From contig CP091279.1 of assembly GCA_021650915.1 (NCBI GenBank), positions 2,850,001 to 2,882,000 on the forward strand: 32,000 nucleotides of DNA, read 5' to 3'. Origin of the DNA: Candidatus Brocadia sp. GTDB taxonomy: Bacteria > Planctomycetota > Brocadiia > Brocadiales > Brocadiaceae. Every line of letters starts with the position of its first letter. The first letter of the stretch is position 1. The translations under genes and the position numbers were made by a program. The notes under the pieces are model-generated. The model searched no databases. It was not told the DNA's origin and was given only the letters and a program-made list of their open reading frames with translations. Positions 1 to 9,137 of this stretch are shown piece by piece.

Positions 1-1187
1 ATATCAGCGCCAATAAAATCCCCCGTTAAGTAGCGCCCTGAACCTGTCGTTCCTGCGCCACAGATGATCACCTTGTCTCCCACTTCCAGACCAACCTCAT
101 ACAACCCTTGTTTTACGGCCTCAAGCGGTCTTCCTGCAGTCATAAGATAGCGTCTCGCCAGCACATTCTTATGCTTGTCGACCACAACGATGTTGGTGCT
201 GATCGACCCCACGTCGACTCCCACATATGCCTCAATCTTTTCATCGCCAGCGATCACATGCGTTTTTTCAACAATTTTATAATTATCCGACTGAAGGGGT
301 TCCAGGTTTGAAGGCTTTGCGCCACGATTTCTTAAATATTCTTCAACCTCTTTTAAACCCCGGAAGGGTGAATGGATGCCTTTGTCGATCAGGGTAAACA
401 CCGTGCCGATTGCTCCCATAACATTAAAATATTTTGGTATCAGGAGTTCGCCTGGTTTGAGTTCCAGGATATCCTCAAAGGCCTTGATCATACCAACGTT
501 TGCCGCCACACCACCCTGGAAAACAATGGGCTTGGAAAATTCCTTTCCCTTGCCGATATTGCTCTTGAAATTTCTGGCCATAGCATAACAGAGGCCGGCC
601 ACGATATCATGCACGGGTGTGCCTTCCTGTTGCAGATGAATCATATCGGTTTTGGCAAAGACACTGCATCGTCCGGCTATCCGGGGAGGGTTTTTAGATT
701 TTAGCGCAAGATCTCCGAATTCCTTTTCAATAGCAATGCCTAGCCGTGTGGCCTGCTGATCCAAAAATGATCCCGTCCCTGCGGCACACATGGTATTCAT
801 GGAAAAATCGGAAACCTTGGTTTGCCCTGAGGCTGCATCCCTCTCGATCAGCATAAGCTTTGAGTCTTCACCGCCAATTTCAATGATGGTGTGCACTTCA
901 GGGTATAAGGTTGTTGTTGCCTGACTATGGGCAACAACCTCGTTGACAAAGGCAATGTTCATTAATTCAGAGACAAGCTTGCCGCCAGAACCGGTAATCG
1001 CTATTCCATCAATATCATCAATATGGGTTCGATTGAAGATGTCTCGTAAGACGAGGATGAGTATTTCTACCGGTTGCCCGTGTGAGCGGACATAGTGATT
1101 TTCCAGAATTTCCTTATGCCCGTTGACCAATACCGCCTTTACGCTTACAGAGCCAATATCAAGTCCTATATATTTTTTCTGAGACAT
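1..1187 (-). CDS. CoA-substrate-specific enzyme activase (BadF/BadG/BcrA/BcrD, HgdC-like ASKHA ATPase) with tandem ATPase repeats; C-terminus lies beyond the window edge
   Basis: Absent from the ORF track because it is open to the window edge. Hand translation of the minus strand from ATG at 1187..1185 gives MSQKKYIGLDIGSVSVKAVLV...TMCAAGTGSFLDQQA...GRCSVFAKTDMIHLQQEG...VFQGGVAANVGM. A second repeat follows: ...AYVGVDVGSISTNIVVVD...AGTTGSGRY. I saw no stop down to position 1. Start lies 21 nt downstream of the leuC-like stop. Confidence 0.75.
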   Translation of the reverse strand, partial: MSQKKYIGLDIGSVSVKAVLVNGHKEILENHYVRSHGQPVEILILVLRDIFNRTHIDDIDGIAITGSGGKLVSELMNIAFVNEVVAHSQATTTLYPEVHTIIEIGGEDSKLMLIERDAASGQTKVSDFSMNTMCAAGTGSFLDQQATRLGIAIEKEFGDLALKSKNPPRIAGRCSVFAKTDMIHLQQEGTPVHDIVAGLCYAMARNFKSNIGKGKEFSKPIVFQGGVAANVGMIKAFEDILELKPGELLIPKYFNVMGAIGTVFTLIDKGIHSPFRGLKEVEEYLRNRGAKPSNLEPLQSDNYKIVEKTHVIAGDEKIEAYVGVDVGSISTNIVVVDKHKNVLARRYLMTAGRPLEAVKQGLYEVGLEVGDKVIICGAGTTGSGRYLTGDFIGAD

Positions 1188-1207
1188 GGTTTAACTCGCT
1201 TTCTCCA

Positions 1208-2476
1208 TCAATTCTTCATAATTTCATCCGGTGGCGTAATCTTTCCCGTAATTGCAGACGCAGCCGCAACGGCGGGACTGCAGAGATAAATCTCACTTTT
1301 CGGGTGCCCCATGCGGCCAACAAAATTACGGTTGGTCGTGGAAAGCGCCCGCTCTCCCTCCGCTAAAATTCCCATATGGCCGCCGAGACATGGCCCGCAT
1401 GTTGGGGTAGAGACGACCGCCTCAGCGTCAATAAATATCTCGATTAATCCTTCTTGTATTGCCTGCTTGTAAATTTCCTGAGTTGCTGGGAAAATGATGA
1501 GACGAAGGGCGGGATGCACCTTTTTCCCTTTCAGAAATCTTGCGGCGATTCTGAGGTCTGAAATCCGTCCATTGGTACAAGAGCCGATCACTACCTGATC
1601 AATCTTGATCCCCGAAACCTCTTCCACGGGTTTTGTGTTTTCCGGCAAGCTGGGAAGGGCTACCTGAGGCGAGATTTCATCAGCATGAAATTCATAGGTC
1701 TTTGCGTAGGTGCAGCCGGGATCGCTGTGGTACATGATGGGTTTTCTCCGGAATCTGCTTTTAATATAGTCTTCCGTATTTTTATCGGGGGCGATGATGC
1801 CGCTCTTTGCCCCCGCTTCGATGGCCATATTGCAGATGGCAAAACGATCGTCCATGGGTAAATTTGATATAGCGCTGCCGGTAAACTCCATCGCCTTGTA
1901 GAGGGCGCCATCCACGCCGATCTTCCCAATCGTGTAAAGGATTAAATCCTTCCCGGATGTCCAGTTTTTTACCTTGCCATGAAAAACAAATTTGATCGAT
2001 TCGGGCACCTTGAGCCATACCTTTCCGGTGGCAAAACAGGCGGCAAGGTCGGTGCTGCCCACACCCGTTGAAAATGCGCCGAGGGCGCCATAGGTGCAGG
2101 TGTGAGAATCGGCGCCAATAACAAGATCGCCTGGCCCTACGATCCCTTGTTCAGGCAGGAGTGCATGTTCAATTCCCACCCGGCCGATTTCGAAGTAATG
2201 CTTTAAATGATGTTTTTCGGCAAAGATTCTCAGAACCTTCGATTGTTGTGCGGATTTGATGTCTTTGTTGGGGGTGAAGTGGTCGGGGACCAATACAATC
2301 TTCTCGGGGTCAAATACTTTTGATATGCCGGTCTTTTCAAACTCCTCAATGGCAATAGGCGCTGTAATGTCGTTGCCAAGGCAGATGTCCACATGTGCAT
2401 ACACAAATTGTCCTGGATGCACTTCTTTGAGTCCCGAATGATCAGCAATGATCTTCTCGGTTATTGTCATTCCCAT
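1208..2476 (-). CDS. leuC: Aconitase-family dehydratase large subunit (type-2/archaeal-like 3-isopropylmalate dehydratase LeuC or homoaconitase HacA)
   Basis: ORF track 1208..2530 (TTG). The homolog-like N-terminus MGMTITEKI starts at the internal Met at 2476. Motifs [22 protein letters not shown] and [10 protein letters not shown] carry the Fe-S ligand cysteines of this family. No small-subunit gene is adjacent, so LeuC versus HacA is not resolved. Confidence 0.8.
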   Translation of the reverse strand: MGMTITEKIIADHSGLKEVHPGQFVYAHVDICLGNDITAPIAIEEFEKTGISKVFDPEKIVLVPDHFTPNKDIKSAQQSKVLRIFAEKHHLKHYFEIGRVGIEHALLPEQGIVGPGDLVIGADSHTCTYGALGAFSTGVGSTDLAACFATGKVWLKVPESIKFVFHGKVKNWTSGKDLILYTIGKIGVDGALYKAMEFTGSAISNLPMDDRFAICNMAIEAGAKSGIIAPDKNTEDYIKSRFRRKPIMYHSDPGCTYAKTYEFHADEISPQVALPSLPENTKPVEEVSGIKIDQVVIGSCTNGRISDLRIAARFLKGKKVHPALRLIIFPATQEIYKQAIQEGLIEIFIDAEAVVSTPTCGPCLGGHMGILAEGERALSTTNRNFVGRMGHPKSEIYLCSPAVAAASAITGKITPPDEIMKN

Positions 2477-2564
2477 ACGGTTACTTTTTTCTATCAGCAA
2501 AAAGCCGGTATTTGGCTTCTCAAGACGCAAGCAGCTGAAAAATAGCTAAATTATTGAAAAGGAA

Positions 2565-2873
2565 TTAGTTTTCTGAAAATCGGGTCTTGTTCCACGATTT
2601 TAAAAATAACGGGTCCTGTAAATATTTTTTGTGACATTTGGTGCATAAGTCGAAGCGGAACGTCTTATAATCTCCATCTTCGAACCCTTCGGCTGAGCAT
2701 GGCGCTTCATCCTGACCATACTCCTCTTCCATTTCCCAGATTTCTTCATCCATATCATCATCGTCCATTTCCATAGCGTCACATGCAGTGTATACCTCAA
2801 TTTTTACCACATACCGAATATCTTCATCTGCCAACAATGGTCTTCCGCACATATCACACGTATAGTGCACCAT
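2565..2873 (-). CDS. Small acidic zinc-ribbon protein (two CxxC pairs), function unknown
   Basis: ORF track, 102 aa. GGAGGA lies 6 nt upstream of the ATG. C6-x2-C9 and C77-x2-C80 are separated by a strongly acidic linker (MEMDDDDMDEEIWEMEEEY). Confidence 0.6.
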   Translation of the reverse strand: MVHYTCDMCGRPLLADEDIRYVVKIEVYTACDAMEMDDDDMDEEIWEMEEEYGQDEAPCSAEGFEDGDYKTFRFDLCTKCHKKYLQDPLFLKSWNKTRFSEN

Positions 2874-3147
2874 TCATGCTCCTCCAAGTAAATTGCCATC
2901 TTTGTAAAAACACCATCTGTTTTGGCAACAGGTAAATATAAAAATCGTATCGTTTCATTCGAGTCCTTATATAAATTCTTTGATTTTCGCGAGCCTTACA
3001 ACCTCCTTGCTGCGTCGTACAAAACAAGAGGATTTGGTTGTTGGTATGCTGCGTCACGTAACAAGTTGTATTCTTCCAGGCCAGCGGTTGCAACTTCATG
3101 GCAGAGAGGATTGCCACAATGGCAACGAAGACTTTGGCCATCTTTCC

Positions 3148-3993
3148 TTATGCCATGGCCCTGAGTCTCTTGATCCTCTCTTCAATCGGCGGATGAGTGC
3201 TAAAAATCGAAAGAAACGAGCGTCCGCTTAATGGGTTTACAATAAACATATGCGCCGTGGCAGTGTTTGCATTCATGTGCCTTACCACGGATGACTGCTG
3301 TAATTTTTCAAGGGCGCTAGCCAATCCCGCGGGGTTGCCGGTCAAGAGCGCCCCGCCCCTGTCGGCAGCGTATTCCCGTGAACGGGAAATCGCCATCTGA
3401 ATGATCAGCGCGGCAAGAGGGGCCACAATGGCCAAAAACAACATGGCAAAGCCACTTCCCCGGTTTTCTCCGTCATCCCTGCTGCCATATCCTCCAAAGA
3501 GCGCCGCCCATCGGGCCATGTCGGCGAGCAACATAACCGCGCCGGCGATTGTTGCTACAACCGTGGAAATCAGAATATCCCGATTTCGGATATGAGAAAG
3601 TTCGTGTCCCAATACCCCCTTCAATTCTTCCCGTTTCAGGGAATTAAGCATCCCCTCGGTGACGGCTACCGCAGCATGACGGGGATTTCTCCCCGTTGCA
3701 AAGGCGTTCATCGCATTCGTTGGAATGATGTAGATTTTCGGCATGGGCATGCCCGCCCGATCCGTGAGCTCCCGAACCAGGGTATAATAATCGGGTGATT
3801 CCTGTTCTGAAACGATCCTGGCTCCGTACATTTTAAGGACGATCTTATCGCTAAACCAGTAACTGAAGAAGTTCATTCCCATGGCAATAGCAAAGGCGAA
3901 CATGGCGCCCTGGCGCCCGCCAACCATGCTTCCTACCCAAACGAGTAAGAGCGTCAGGGCAATAAGCAATATCGTTGTTTTAAAATAATTCAT
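3148..3993 (-). CDS. htpX: HtpX-type M48 zinc metalloprotease (membrane protease)
   Basis: ORF track 3148..3999 starts at TTG. The ATG at 3993 is preceded by GGAGG 9 nt upstream. HELSH zinc motif and N-terminal plus central hydrophobic segments are typical of HtpX. Confidence 0.88.
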   Translation of the reverse strand: MNYFKTTILLIALTLLLVWVGSMVGGRQGAMFAFAIAMGMNFFSYWFSDKIVLKMYGARIVSEQESPDYYTLVRELTDRAGMPMPKIYIIPTNAMNAFATGRNPRHAAVAVTEGMLNSLKREELKGVLGHELSHIRNRDILISTVVATIAGAVMLLADMARWAALFGGYGSRDDGENRGSGFAMLFLAIVAPLAALIIQMAISRSREYAADRGGALLTGNPAGLASALEKLQQSSVVRHMNANTATAHMFIVNPLSGRSFLSIFSTHPPIEERIKRLRAMA

Positions 3994-4103
3994 AGGCAAC
4001 CGCCTCCATTAAGCAATAACCAATCAAAAAAACTTTGCGGGAAAAATCAAAGCTCTATCGCGAGAAATTTACTATTTTTGAATATTTCCGTATCTGAAAA
4101 GTT

Positions 4104-4131
4104 ATTATAAGTATAGCCTGTTTTTTGTCAA
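4104..4131 (-). promoter_or_regulatory. Near-consensus sigma-70-type promoter upstream of htpX
   Basis: Minus strand reads TTGACA (4131..4126), a 16-nt spacer, then TATAAT (4109..4104). This is about 105 nt upstream of the htpX ATG. Motif match only. Confidence 0.45.
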
Positions 4132-4280
4132 GGAGATTTAATCTCGGCAGGTATGTGTGAAAACACAGAGAATCACGACCGGTTATGGTGAAAGGAGAGG
4201 GTGAAATGTGGCGCTTGTTTGAAGCGTAAAGCCGGCGGTTTGCCAGAATGGCTGGTTTTTGGTTGTGCAGCTTCGTTTCG

Positions 4281-5618
4281 TCAGGCCGACATTTGTTCGA
4301 GTTTGCGGAAGATCGCCTCCCTGACCGCATCGTATTGAGGCGATACCTCGACAGGCAGGTTTGCAAAGTGAGAGGTTACCTCTTCCAGCTTGCTTTCATG
4401 ATAGCTTATCTTAAACTCGGGAAATTTTAAACCATGCGCCGTGGAGATAACAACAACCTTTTCATCCGGTCGTATCATATTTGTCTTCAGTAATTTTGTC
4501 AACGCTGCCAGGGCTACTCCCGTATGAGGGCAACAAAAAAGGCCCGTTTTGTCTGCTTGCGCTGCAGCATTCGCCAATTCATCTTCTGTCGCTTGTTCGA
4601 CCATGCCGTTGAAGGTTTTTAAAACATTGATTGCCTTTTTGTAACTCACCGGATCGCCAATCTGAATGGCATTGGCAAGGGTCTTTTGCGCTTTTACCGG
4701 CGCAAATTCTCTAAAACCCTTCAGATAACTGAGGTAGAGGGGATTAGCCTTTGCCGCCTGCGCGCACACGATACGCGGCTGCTTATCAATCACCCCTAAT
4801 TCCTTCATCATGAGAAAACCTTTTCCCAGTGCTGCGGTATTCCCCAGGTTCCCCCCGGGGACAATCACAACGTCCGGCACATTCCAGTCAAACTGCTGGA
4901 CGATTTCGATGCTAACGGTCTTCTGTCCCTCAATGCGGAGGGAATTCATGGAATTTGCCAGGTAGATATTGTTTTTGCTGCAGATATCCCTTACCAGTTT
5001 CATACACCCGTCAAAATCGGTGTCCAGCGATAACGTAAGCGCGCCGTTGGCAATAGGCTGAATAAGTTGTGCATGAGAAACCTTGTTCTTTGGCAGGAAG
5101 ACTATGGCGAGAATACCGGCGGCGGCACAATATGAAGCCAACGCTGCAGAAGTGTCCCCCGTGGAAGCGCAGGCAACCGCGGGAATGTTCTTTCCCTCGG
5201 CAATCATCTGCTTAACCATAGAAACCAGAACGGTCATGCCCAGGTCTTTAAAAGAGCCGGTATGGGCGTTTCCGCACTGCTTGATCCAGAGATCTTCAAT
5301 GCCCAGTTCCTTCCCAAGCCGTTCTGCCCAGAAGAGATTGCTGCCGCCCTCGTAAAGAGAAACAACGTTGGCGTTGTCAACCGTGGGACAAACCCATTCC
5401 TTCTTGCCCCATACGGAACTCCCATAAGGCCACCTCGTCCGCCGATAGCGTTCATCAAATAACTTCTTCCAATGATCCGGGGAGTGCCGGCGGAGTTTGT
5501 CCATATCATGCTTGACTTCCAGCAGATCTCCGCACTTTTTGCACTGGTAGACAACTTCATTCAGTTCGTACCTTTCATTGCACCCTGATATGCACTGGAA
5601 CCATGCCCGATATGGCAT
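4281..5618 (-). CDS. thrC: Threonine synthase (long form with N-terminal Cys-rich zinc-ribbon-like segment)
   Basis: ORF track, 445 aa. AAGGAG lies 9 nt upstream of the ATG. The PLP-lysine context is [12 protein letters not shown], with fold-type II PLP enzyme motifs throughout. N-terminus carries CISGC...CKKCG. Confidence 0.88.
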   Translation of the reverse strand: MPYRAWFQCISGCNERYELNEVVYQCKKCGDLLEVKHDMDKLRRHSPDHWKKLFDERYRRTRWPYGSSVWGKKEWVCPTVDNANVVSLYEGGSNLFWAERLGKELGIEDLWIKQCGNAHTGSFKDLGMTVLVSMVKQMIAEGKNIPAVACASTGDTSAALASYCAAAGILAIVFLPKNKVSHAQLIQPIANGALTLSLDTDFDGCMKLVRDICSKNNIYLANSMNSLRIEGQKTVSIEIVQQFDWNVPDVVIVPGGNLGNTAALGKGFLMMKELGVIDKQPRIVCAQAAKANPLYLSYLKGFREFAPVKAQKTLANAIQIGDPVSYKKAINVLKTFNGMVEQATEDELANAAAQADKTGLFCCPHTGVALAALTKLLKTNMIRPDEKVVVISTAHGLKFPEFKISYHESKLEEVTSHFANLPVEVSPQYDAVREAIFRKLEQMSA

Positions 5619-5842
5619 GAGCTATTTCTCCTTTCAAAACTTCCGTAAATAGTGACACAAAAAATCAGCGATCAAACGACAGTGTCGGGTTTACCGGGAT
5701 AACAACGTAAAAATTTGCATCCGCTTGTCTCCTGTTTTTGATTCCGGAGAACTGTCGCTAAACACAAATTTCATTATAGGAGGACGAATAGAGAATTACA
5801 AGGAAAATATACGCAAACGGGGATGTTCCGGGTATTTTGACT

Positions 5843-5872
5843 TTGACAAAAACGCCCCTGTTTTGATAAGAT
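5843..5872 (+). promoter_or_regulatory. Possible sigma-70-type promoter giving a near-leaderless transcript for the downstream hypothetical gene
   Basis: TTGACA (5843..5848), an 18-nt spacer, then TAAGAT (5867..5872). The first in-frame ATG (5884) lies about 12 nt after the -10 box and has no SD. Weak motif match. Confidence 0.3.
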
Positions 5873-5883
5873 TTCCCACGCCT

Positions 5884-6297
5884 ATGTATATGCAAAAATT
5901 TTTATCAAAAATATGCTCATACCTTCCCCATCTGAGCGAATCATCGATCCGTCGTGAGTTCAGGCATGCCTTTAGCATGGGAACAGCCCATAAAAACAGG
6001 GAACTGGCCGAGCCTGAATTAGCGCTGATACAAAAGCTGGTCATAATAGTCAAGAAGAGAAGGCTTACCGTCCCGTCCACATTGTTTCTTGAATGTACAC
6101 AACCACTCAGCTATCTTGGAAGTCAGATGATGGTATTCTTCAGGCCATTTCTGACCTTTTTCTTTACCCCCGCAGAATACGACCTGCTCCAGGGCATCCT
6201 TGAAAAGCGGGAGGGCATCAAGAGGATTATTGAGGAATTGGAAAAATCAGATACTCACCGCAAAGACGCAAAGGTCGCAGAGGATGATTCGAAGTGA
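5884..6297 (+). CDS. Hypothetical protein (start uncertain; ORF track uses TTG at 5725)
   Basis: ORF track 5725..6297. The first ATG is at 5884 (MYMQKFLSK...). I recognise no family. The last ~14 codons (THRKDAKVAEDDSK) are encoded by the left inverted repeat of the adjacent mini-element, so the native C-terminus may have been replaced. Confidence 0.45.
   Translation: MYMQKFLSKICSYLPHLSESSIRREFRHAFSMGTAHKNRELAEPELALIQKLVIIVKKRRLTVPSTLFLECTQPLSYLGSQMMVFFRPFLTFFFTPAEYDLLQGILEKREGIKRIIEELEKSDTHRKDAKVAEDDSK
6255..6283. repeat. Left inverted repeat (GCAAAG-type) flanking the GxxExxY remnant
   Basis: TCACCGCAAAGACGCAAAGGTCGCAGAGG. The reverse complement of 6512..6539 is TCACCGCAAAGGCGCAAGGAGCGCAAAG. 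The first 11 nt are identical and 16 of the first 17 match. Confidence 0.7.
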
Positions 6298-6503
6298 TAA
6301 AAGATGAAGACACGCTCTCAAGGGAAATCATCGGAGATTCAATTGAGGTGCATAGTCATCTCGGACCAGGGCTATTGGAATCAGTCTGTGAAGCACAACT
6401 CTTGACATATTTAAAGTCGTCTGCTTTGAAATTGGGAATACTGATTAATTTCAATGTACCACTTCTAAAAAAGGGAACAAAGAGAATTGTCTACGGTCTA
6501 TAA
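6294..6503 (+). pseudogene. Internally deleted GxxExxY-family (PD-(D/E)XK-like) gene remnant
   Basis: 69-aa ORF with a GTG start overlapping the upstream stop. The N-terminal part REIIGDSIEVHSHLGPGLLESV and C-terminal part EAQLLTYLKSSALKLGILINFNVPLLKKGTKRIV match the two ends of ~125-aa GxxExxY proteins as I remember them. The central ~55 aa, where the nuclease-core acidic/Lys residues lie, is missing. Confidence 0.6.
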
Positions 6504-6511
6504 TATTTTTA

Positions 6512-6539
6512 CTTTGCGCTCCTTGCGCCTTTGCGGTGA
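6512..6539. repeat. Right inverted repeat (GCAAAG-type) flanking the GxxExxY remnant
   Basis: CTTTGCGCTCCTTGCGCCTTTGCGGTGA, the inverted partner of 6255..6283. It ends 6 nt before the ATG of the next gene. Confidence 0.7.
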
Positions 6540-6545
6540 ACAAAT

Positions 6546-8333
6546 ATGAACGTTATCATTGCTACAGACTGCGGCAGCACAACCACAAAGGCCATCCTGA
6601 TCGAAAAAAAGGATGGCGTGTACCGGCAGACATTTCGCGGAGAGTCACCCACCACGGTGGAAGCCCCTTTTGAGGATGTGACCCGTGGCGTCTTAAACGC
6701 ATTTGCAGAGGTAGAAGAACTCTCTGGCCGTAAAATCCTGGATGGAGAAAAAATCATCACACCAGCCCGGGGAAATGTTGGGGTCGATATCTATGTCTCC
6801 ACAAGCAGCGCCGGCGGTGGATTGCAGATGATGGTGGCAGGGGCTGTAAAGACCATGACGGCCGAAAGCGCCCAGCGCGCAGCGCTCGGAGCAGGCGCCA
6901 TCGTTATGGACGTCATCGCATCAAATGACCAGCGCCTCCCGCATGAAAAGATCGATCGTATCCGGCATCTGAGACCCGACATGATCCTCCTTTCCGGAGG
7001 CACAGACGGCGGCACCGTTACCCATGTGGTAGAGCTGGCTGAATACATCTCTGCCGCCAATCCAAGACCGAGGCTTGGCATGACCTTTCAGCTCCCGGTT
7101 ATTTATGCCGGCAACAAGGAAGTCCGCGAAAAAGTTAAAGAAATTTTAGGCCAAAAAGCAGCCCTCAATATTACGGAAAACATTCGCCCCACGCTTGAAC
7201 GCGAAAATCTCTTCCCGGCGCGACAGGAAATCCAGAAGCTCTTTCTCGAACACGTCATGGCCCAGGCGCCTGGCTACAAAAAACTGATGTCGTGGACGGG
7301 GGCGCCCATTATGCCTACGCCCGGGGCGGTTGGCCTCATTATGCAAACGATCGCCAAAAAGGGCAATATGAATGTCGTGGGTGTGGATATTGGCGGCGCC
7401 ACCACAGACGTCTTCTCGGTATACGGCGAAATCTTTAACCGCACGGTGAGCGCCAATCTTGGAATGAGTTATAGCATTTCTAACGTACTGGCCGAGGCGG
7501 GGCTGGAGAATATCCTCCGGTGGGTGCCATTTGATATCGACGAATCCGATCTCAGAAACAGGATCAAGAATAAGATGATCCGTCCCACAACTATCCCGCA
7601 GACATTGAAAGAGCTGAAGATTGAACAGGCCATATGCCGCGAGGCCCTTCGGGTGTCTTTTGATCAGCACAAATCCCTGGCAGTGGGACTGAAAGGGGTG
7701 CAGCGGGAACGCGATATATCTGAGGCATTTAAACAGGATGCCGAAGGTGAGACACTCGTCGACATGTTAACGTTAGACCTGTTAGTGGGCAGCGGGGGCG
7801 TGCTCTCCCATGCGCCGCGCCGGTCGCAGGCGATGCTTATGATGATTGACGCCTTTCAGCCGGAGGGGATAACGAGGATTGCCGTTGATAGCATCTTTAT
7901 GATGCCGCACCTGGGGGTTCTTTCGACGGTAAATGAACAGGCTGCCACCGAGGTGTTTGAGAAGGATTGCCTGATTCATCTGGGTACATGCGTTTCTCTC
8001 GTGAAAGGCAGCGCAGGGAAACCCGGGGAAAAATGTATCTCATACAAGATAACGATGCCCGATGGCAAAAAGATAGAAGATGCGCTCTCCTATGGGGAAT
8101 TGCATGTTTTACCTCTGGGTGTCGATCACACGGCGGAAATCGAGGTCTTGCCAGCAAAGAATTTTGATGTTGGAGCAGGAAAAGGCAAACCCATAACAAA
8201 AAAAGTTTCTGGAGGAGTTGTGGGCGTCGTCATCGATACCCGCGGGAAACCCATCACGTTAGCAAAAGATAAGGCAATGCGGGTGGGACAACTCCAGCGA
8301 TGGGCAAAGGCCATAGATGCGTATCCAGAGTAA
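6546..8333 (+). CDS. GlmL/MutL-like ASKHA-fold protein (glutamate mutase L / reactivase-like family), long 595-aa form
   Basis: ORF track. N-terminal phosphate-1-like motif MNVIIATDCGSTTTKAIL and a second motif VVGVDIGGATTDVFSV indicate two actin-like ATPase subdomains. Overall resemblance is to GlmL/EutA-type proteins. There is no SD because the repeat abuts the start. Confidence 0.65.
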   Translation: MNVIIATDCGSTTTKAILIEKKDGVYRQTFRGESPTTVEAPFEDVTRGVLNAFAEVEELSGRKILDGEKIITPARGNVGVDIYVSTSSAGGGLQMMVAGAVKTMTAESAQRAALGAGAIVMDVIASNDQRLPHEKIDRIRHLRPDMILLSGGTDGGTVTHVVELAEYISAANPRPRLGMTFQLPVIYAGNKEVREKVKEILGQKAALNITENIRPTLERENLFPARQEIQKLFLEHVMAQAPGYKKLMSWTGAPIMPTPGAVGLIMQTIAKKGNMNVVGVDIGGATTDVFSVYGEIFNRTVSANLGMSYSISNVLAEAGLENILRWVPFDIDESDLRNRIKNKMIRPTTIPQTLKELKIEQAICREALRVSFDQHKSLAVGLKGVQRERDISEAFKQDAEGETLVDMLTLDLLVGSGGVLSHAPRRSQAMLMMIDAFQPEGITRIAVDSIFMMPHLGVLSTVNEQAATEVFEKDCLIHLGTCVSLVKGSAGKPGEKCISYKITMPDGKKIEDALSYGELHVLPLGVDHTAEIEVLPAKNFDVGAGKGKPITKKVSGGVVGVVIDTRGKPITLAKDKAMRVGQLQRWAKAIDAYPE

Positions 8334-8351
8334 ATGGTGTATTCATGAAAA

Positions 8352-8674
8352 TTGCAAAGAGGGATAGAAAACGAAGACCTTAGCCAGCATATTAAAATTA
8401 CGCCCGGTTTAGCGGGGAGCAAGCCTCACATTGCAGGGCATCGCGTAACGGTGCAAAATATCGTGATTTGGCATGAGTGGATGGGACGCACAGCAGACGA
8501 AATTGCAAATGAATACCGTCTGCTCTGGCAGATATTTATGCAGCCTTGGCATACTACTATGATAATCGTTCTGAAATTGACCAGTCAGTTAAAGATGGCG
8601 AGGCGTTAGTAACTACTTTGCGACAGCAGATTCCATCAAAAATTACCCAAAAATTACATGAGCGAAAAGATTAA
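8352..8674 (+). pseudogene. DUF433-family antitoxin-like gene with a 1-nt frameshift
   Basis: Track ORF 8352..8609 reads ...GSKPHIAGHRVTVQNIVIWHEWMGRTADEIANEYRL and then becomes nonsense. Shifting frame at about 8520..8525 restores LADIYAALAYYYDNRSEIDQSVKDGEALVTTLRQQIPSKITQKLHERKD, with a stop at 8672..8674. That stop overlaps the next gene start by 17 nt. Confidence 0.65.
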
Positions 8675-8989
8675 ATTTTATATGGATGAACACGTTCCAT
8701 CTGCTGTTGGTACTGGTTTACAGCTTCGGGGTGTTGATGTCCTAAAAACCCACGAGGCTCACATGTTAAGCGCTTCCGATGTGGAACACCTCACCTTTGC
8801 TACAAATTGCGGTAGGGTTATTTTTACACAAGACGATGATTTTCTACGTCTCCACAAAAAAGGAATCAGACACAGTGATATTGTTTGGGCGCATCAGAGA
8901 ATGTCTATTGGCGATATCTCCACGGACTTATGCTTATTTATCAGGTGTTAGACTCTCATGACATGCAAAATCATGTAGAATTCATCTAA
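8658..8989 (+). pseudogene. DUF5615-family (PIN-like) toxin-like gene with a 1-nt frameshift
   Basis: Track ORF 8658..8951 reads MSEKIKFYMDEHVPSAVGTGLQLRGVDVLKTHEAHMLSASDVEHLTFATNCGRVIFTQDDDFLRLHKKG...SIGDI and then shifts at about 8916..8927. The alternative frame gives HGLMLIYQVLDSHDMQNHVEFI with a stop at 8987..8989, the expected family C-terminus. Confidence 0.65.
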
Positions 8990-9030
8990 GATCATTGCAA
9001 GAGTAATGGTGTCTAATAAAAAATATTTTG

Positions 9031-9056
9031 ACATTTTCGGCAAAAATGTTTTTTTC
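9031..9056 (+). terminator. Weak AT-rich hairpin plus T-run after the TA cassette
   Basis: ACATTTT-cggca-AAAATGT followed directly by a run of 6 T. The stem contains only one G-C pair (6 of 7 pairs are A-T), so it is marginal. Confidence 0.3.
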
Positions 9057-9063
9057 ACACTGT

Positions 9064-9092
9064 GTAGGGGCAGGTTTGAAACCTGCCCCTAC
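9064..9092. repeat. Perfect palindromic hairpin repeat of the GTAGGGGC...GCCCCTAC family
   Basis: GTAGGGGCAGGTTT-g-AAACCTGCCCCTAC with 14-nt perfect arms. It shares its termini with the hairpin at 10842..10915. Confidence 0.8.
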
Positions 9093-9137
9093 CGTATTTC
9101 TTTTCCGACTCGTTCGGGTTGGGAGTTTTAAAGAACT

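Noticed and set aside
2854-3141. 95-aa minus-strand ORF between htpX and the zinc-ribbon gene
   Set aside because: It overlaps the SD and start of the zinc-ribbon gene and covers an AT-rich, promoter-like stretch. Its C-terminal half has an implausible composition and I saw no SD. A short real peptide cannot be excluded.
4055-4366. 103-aa minus-strand ORF in the htpX-thrC spacer
   Set aside because: It overlaps the 3' end of thrC out of frame and spans the predicted htpX promoter. Its Arg/Ser/Asn-rich translation looks non-coding.
7146-7670. 174-aa minus-strand ORF
   Set aside because: It is antisense to the GlmL-like gene. Its Arg/His/Pro-rich composition is characteristic of shadow frames, and it has no SD.
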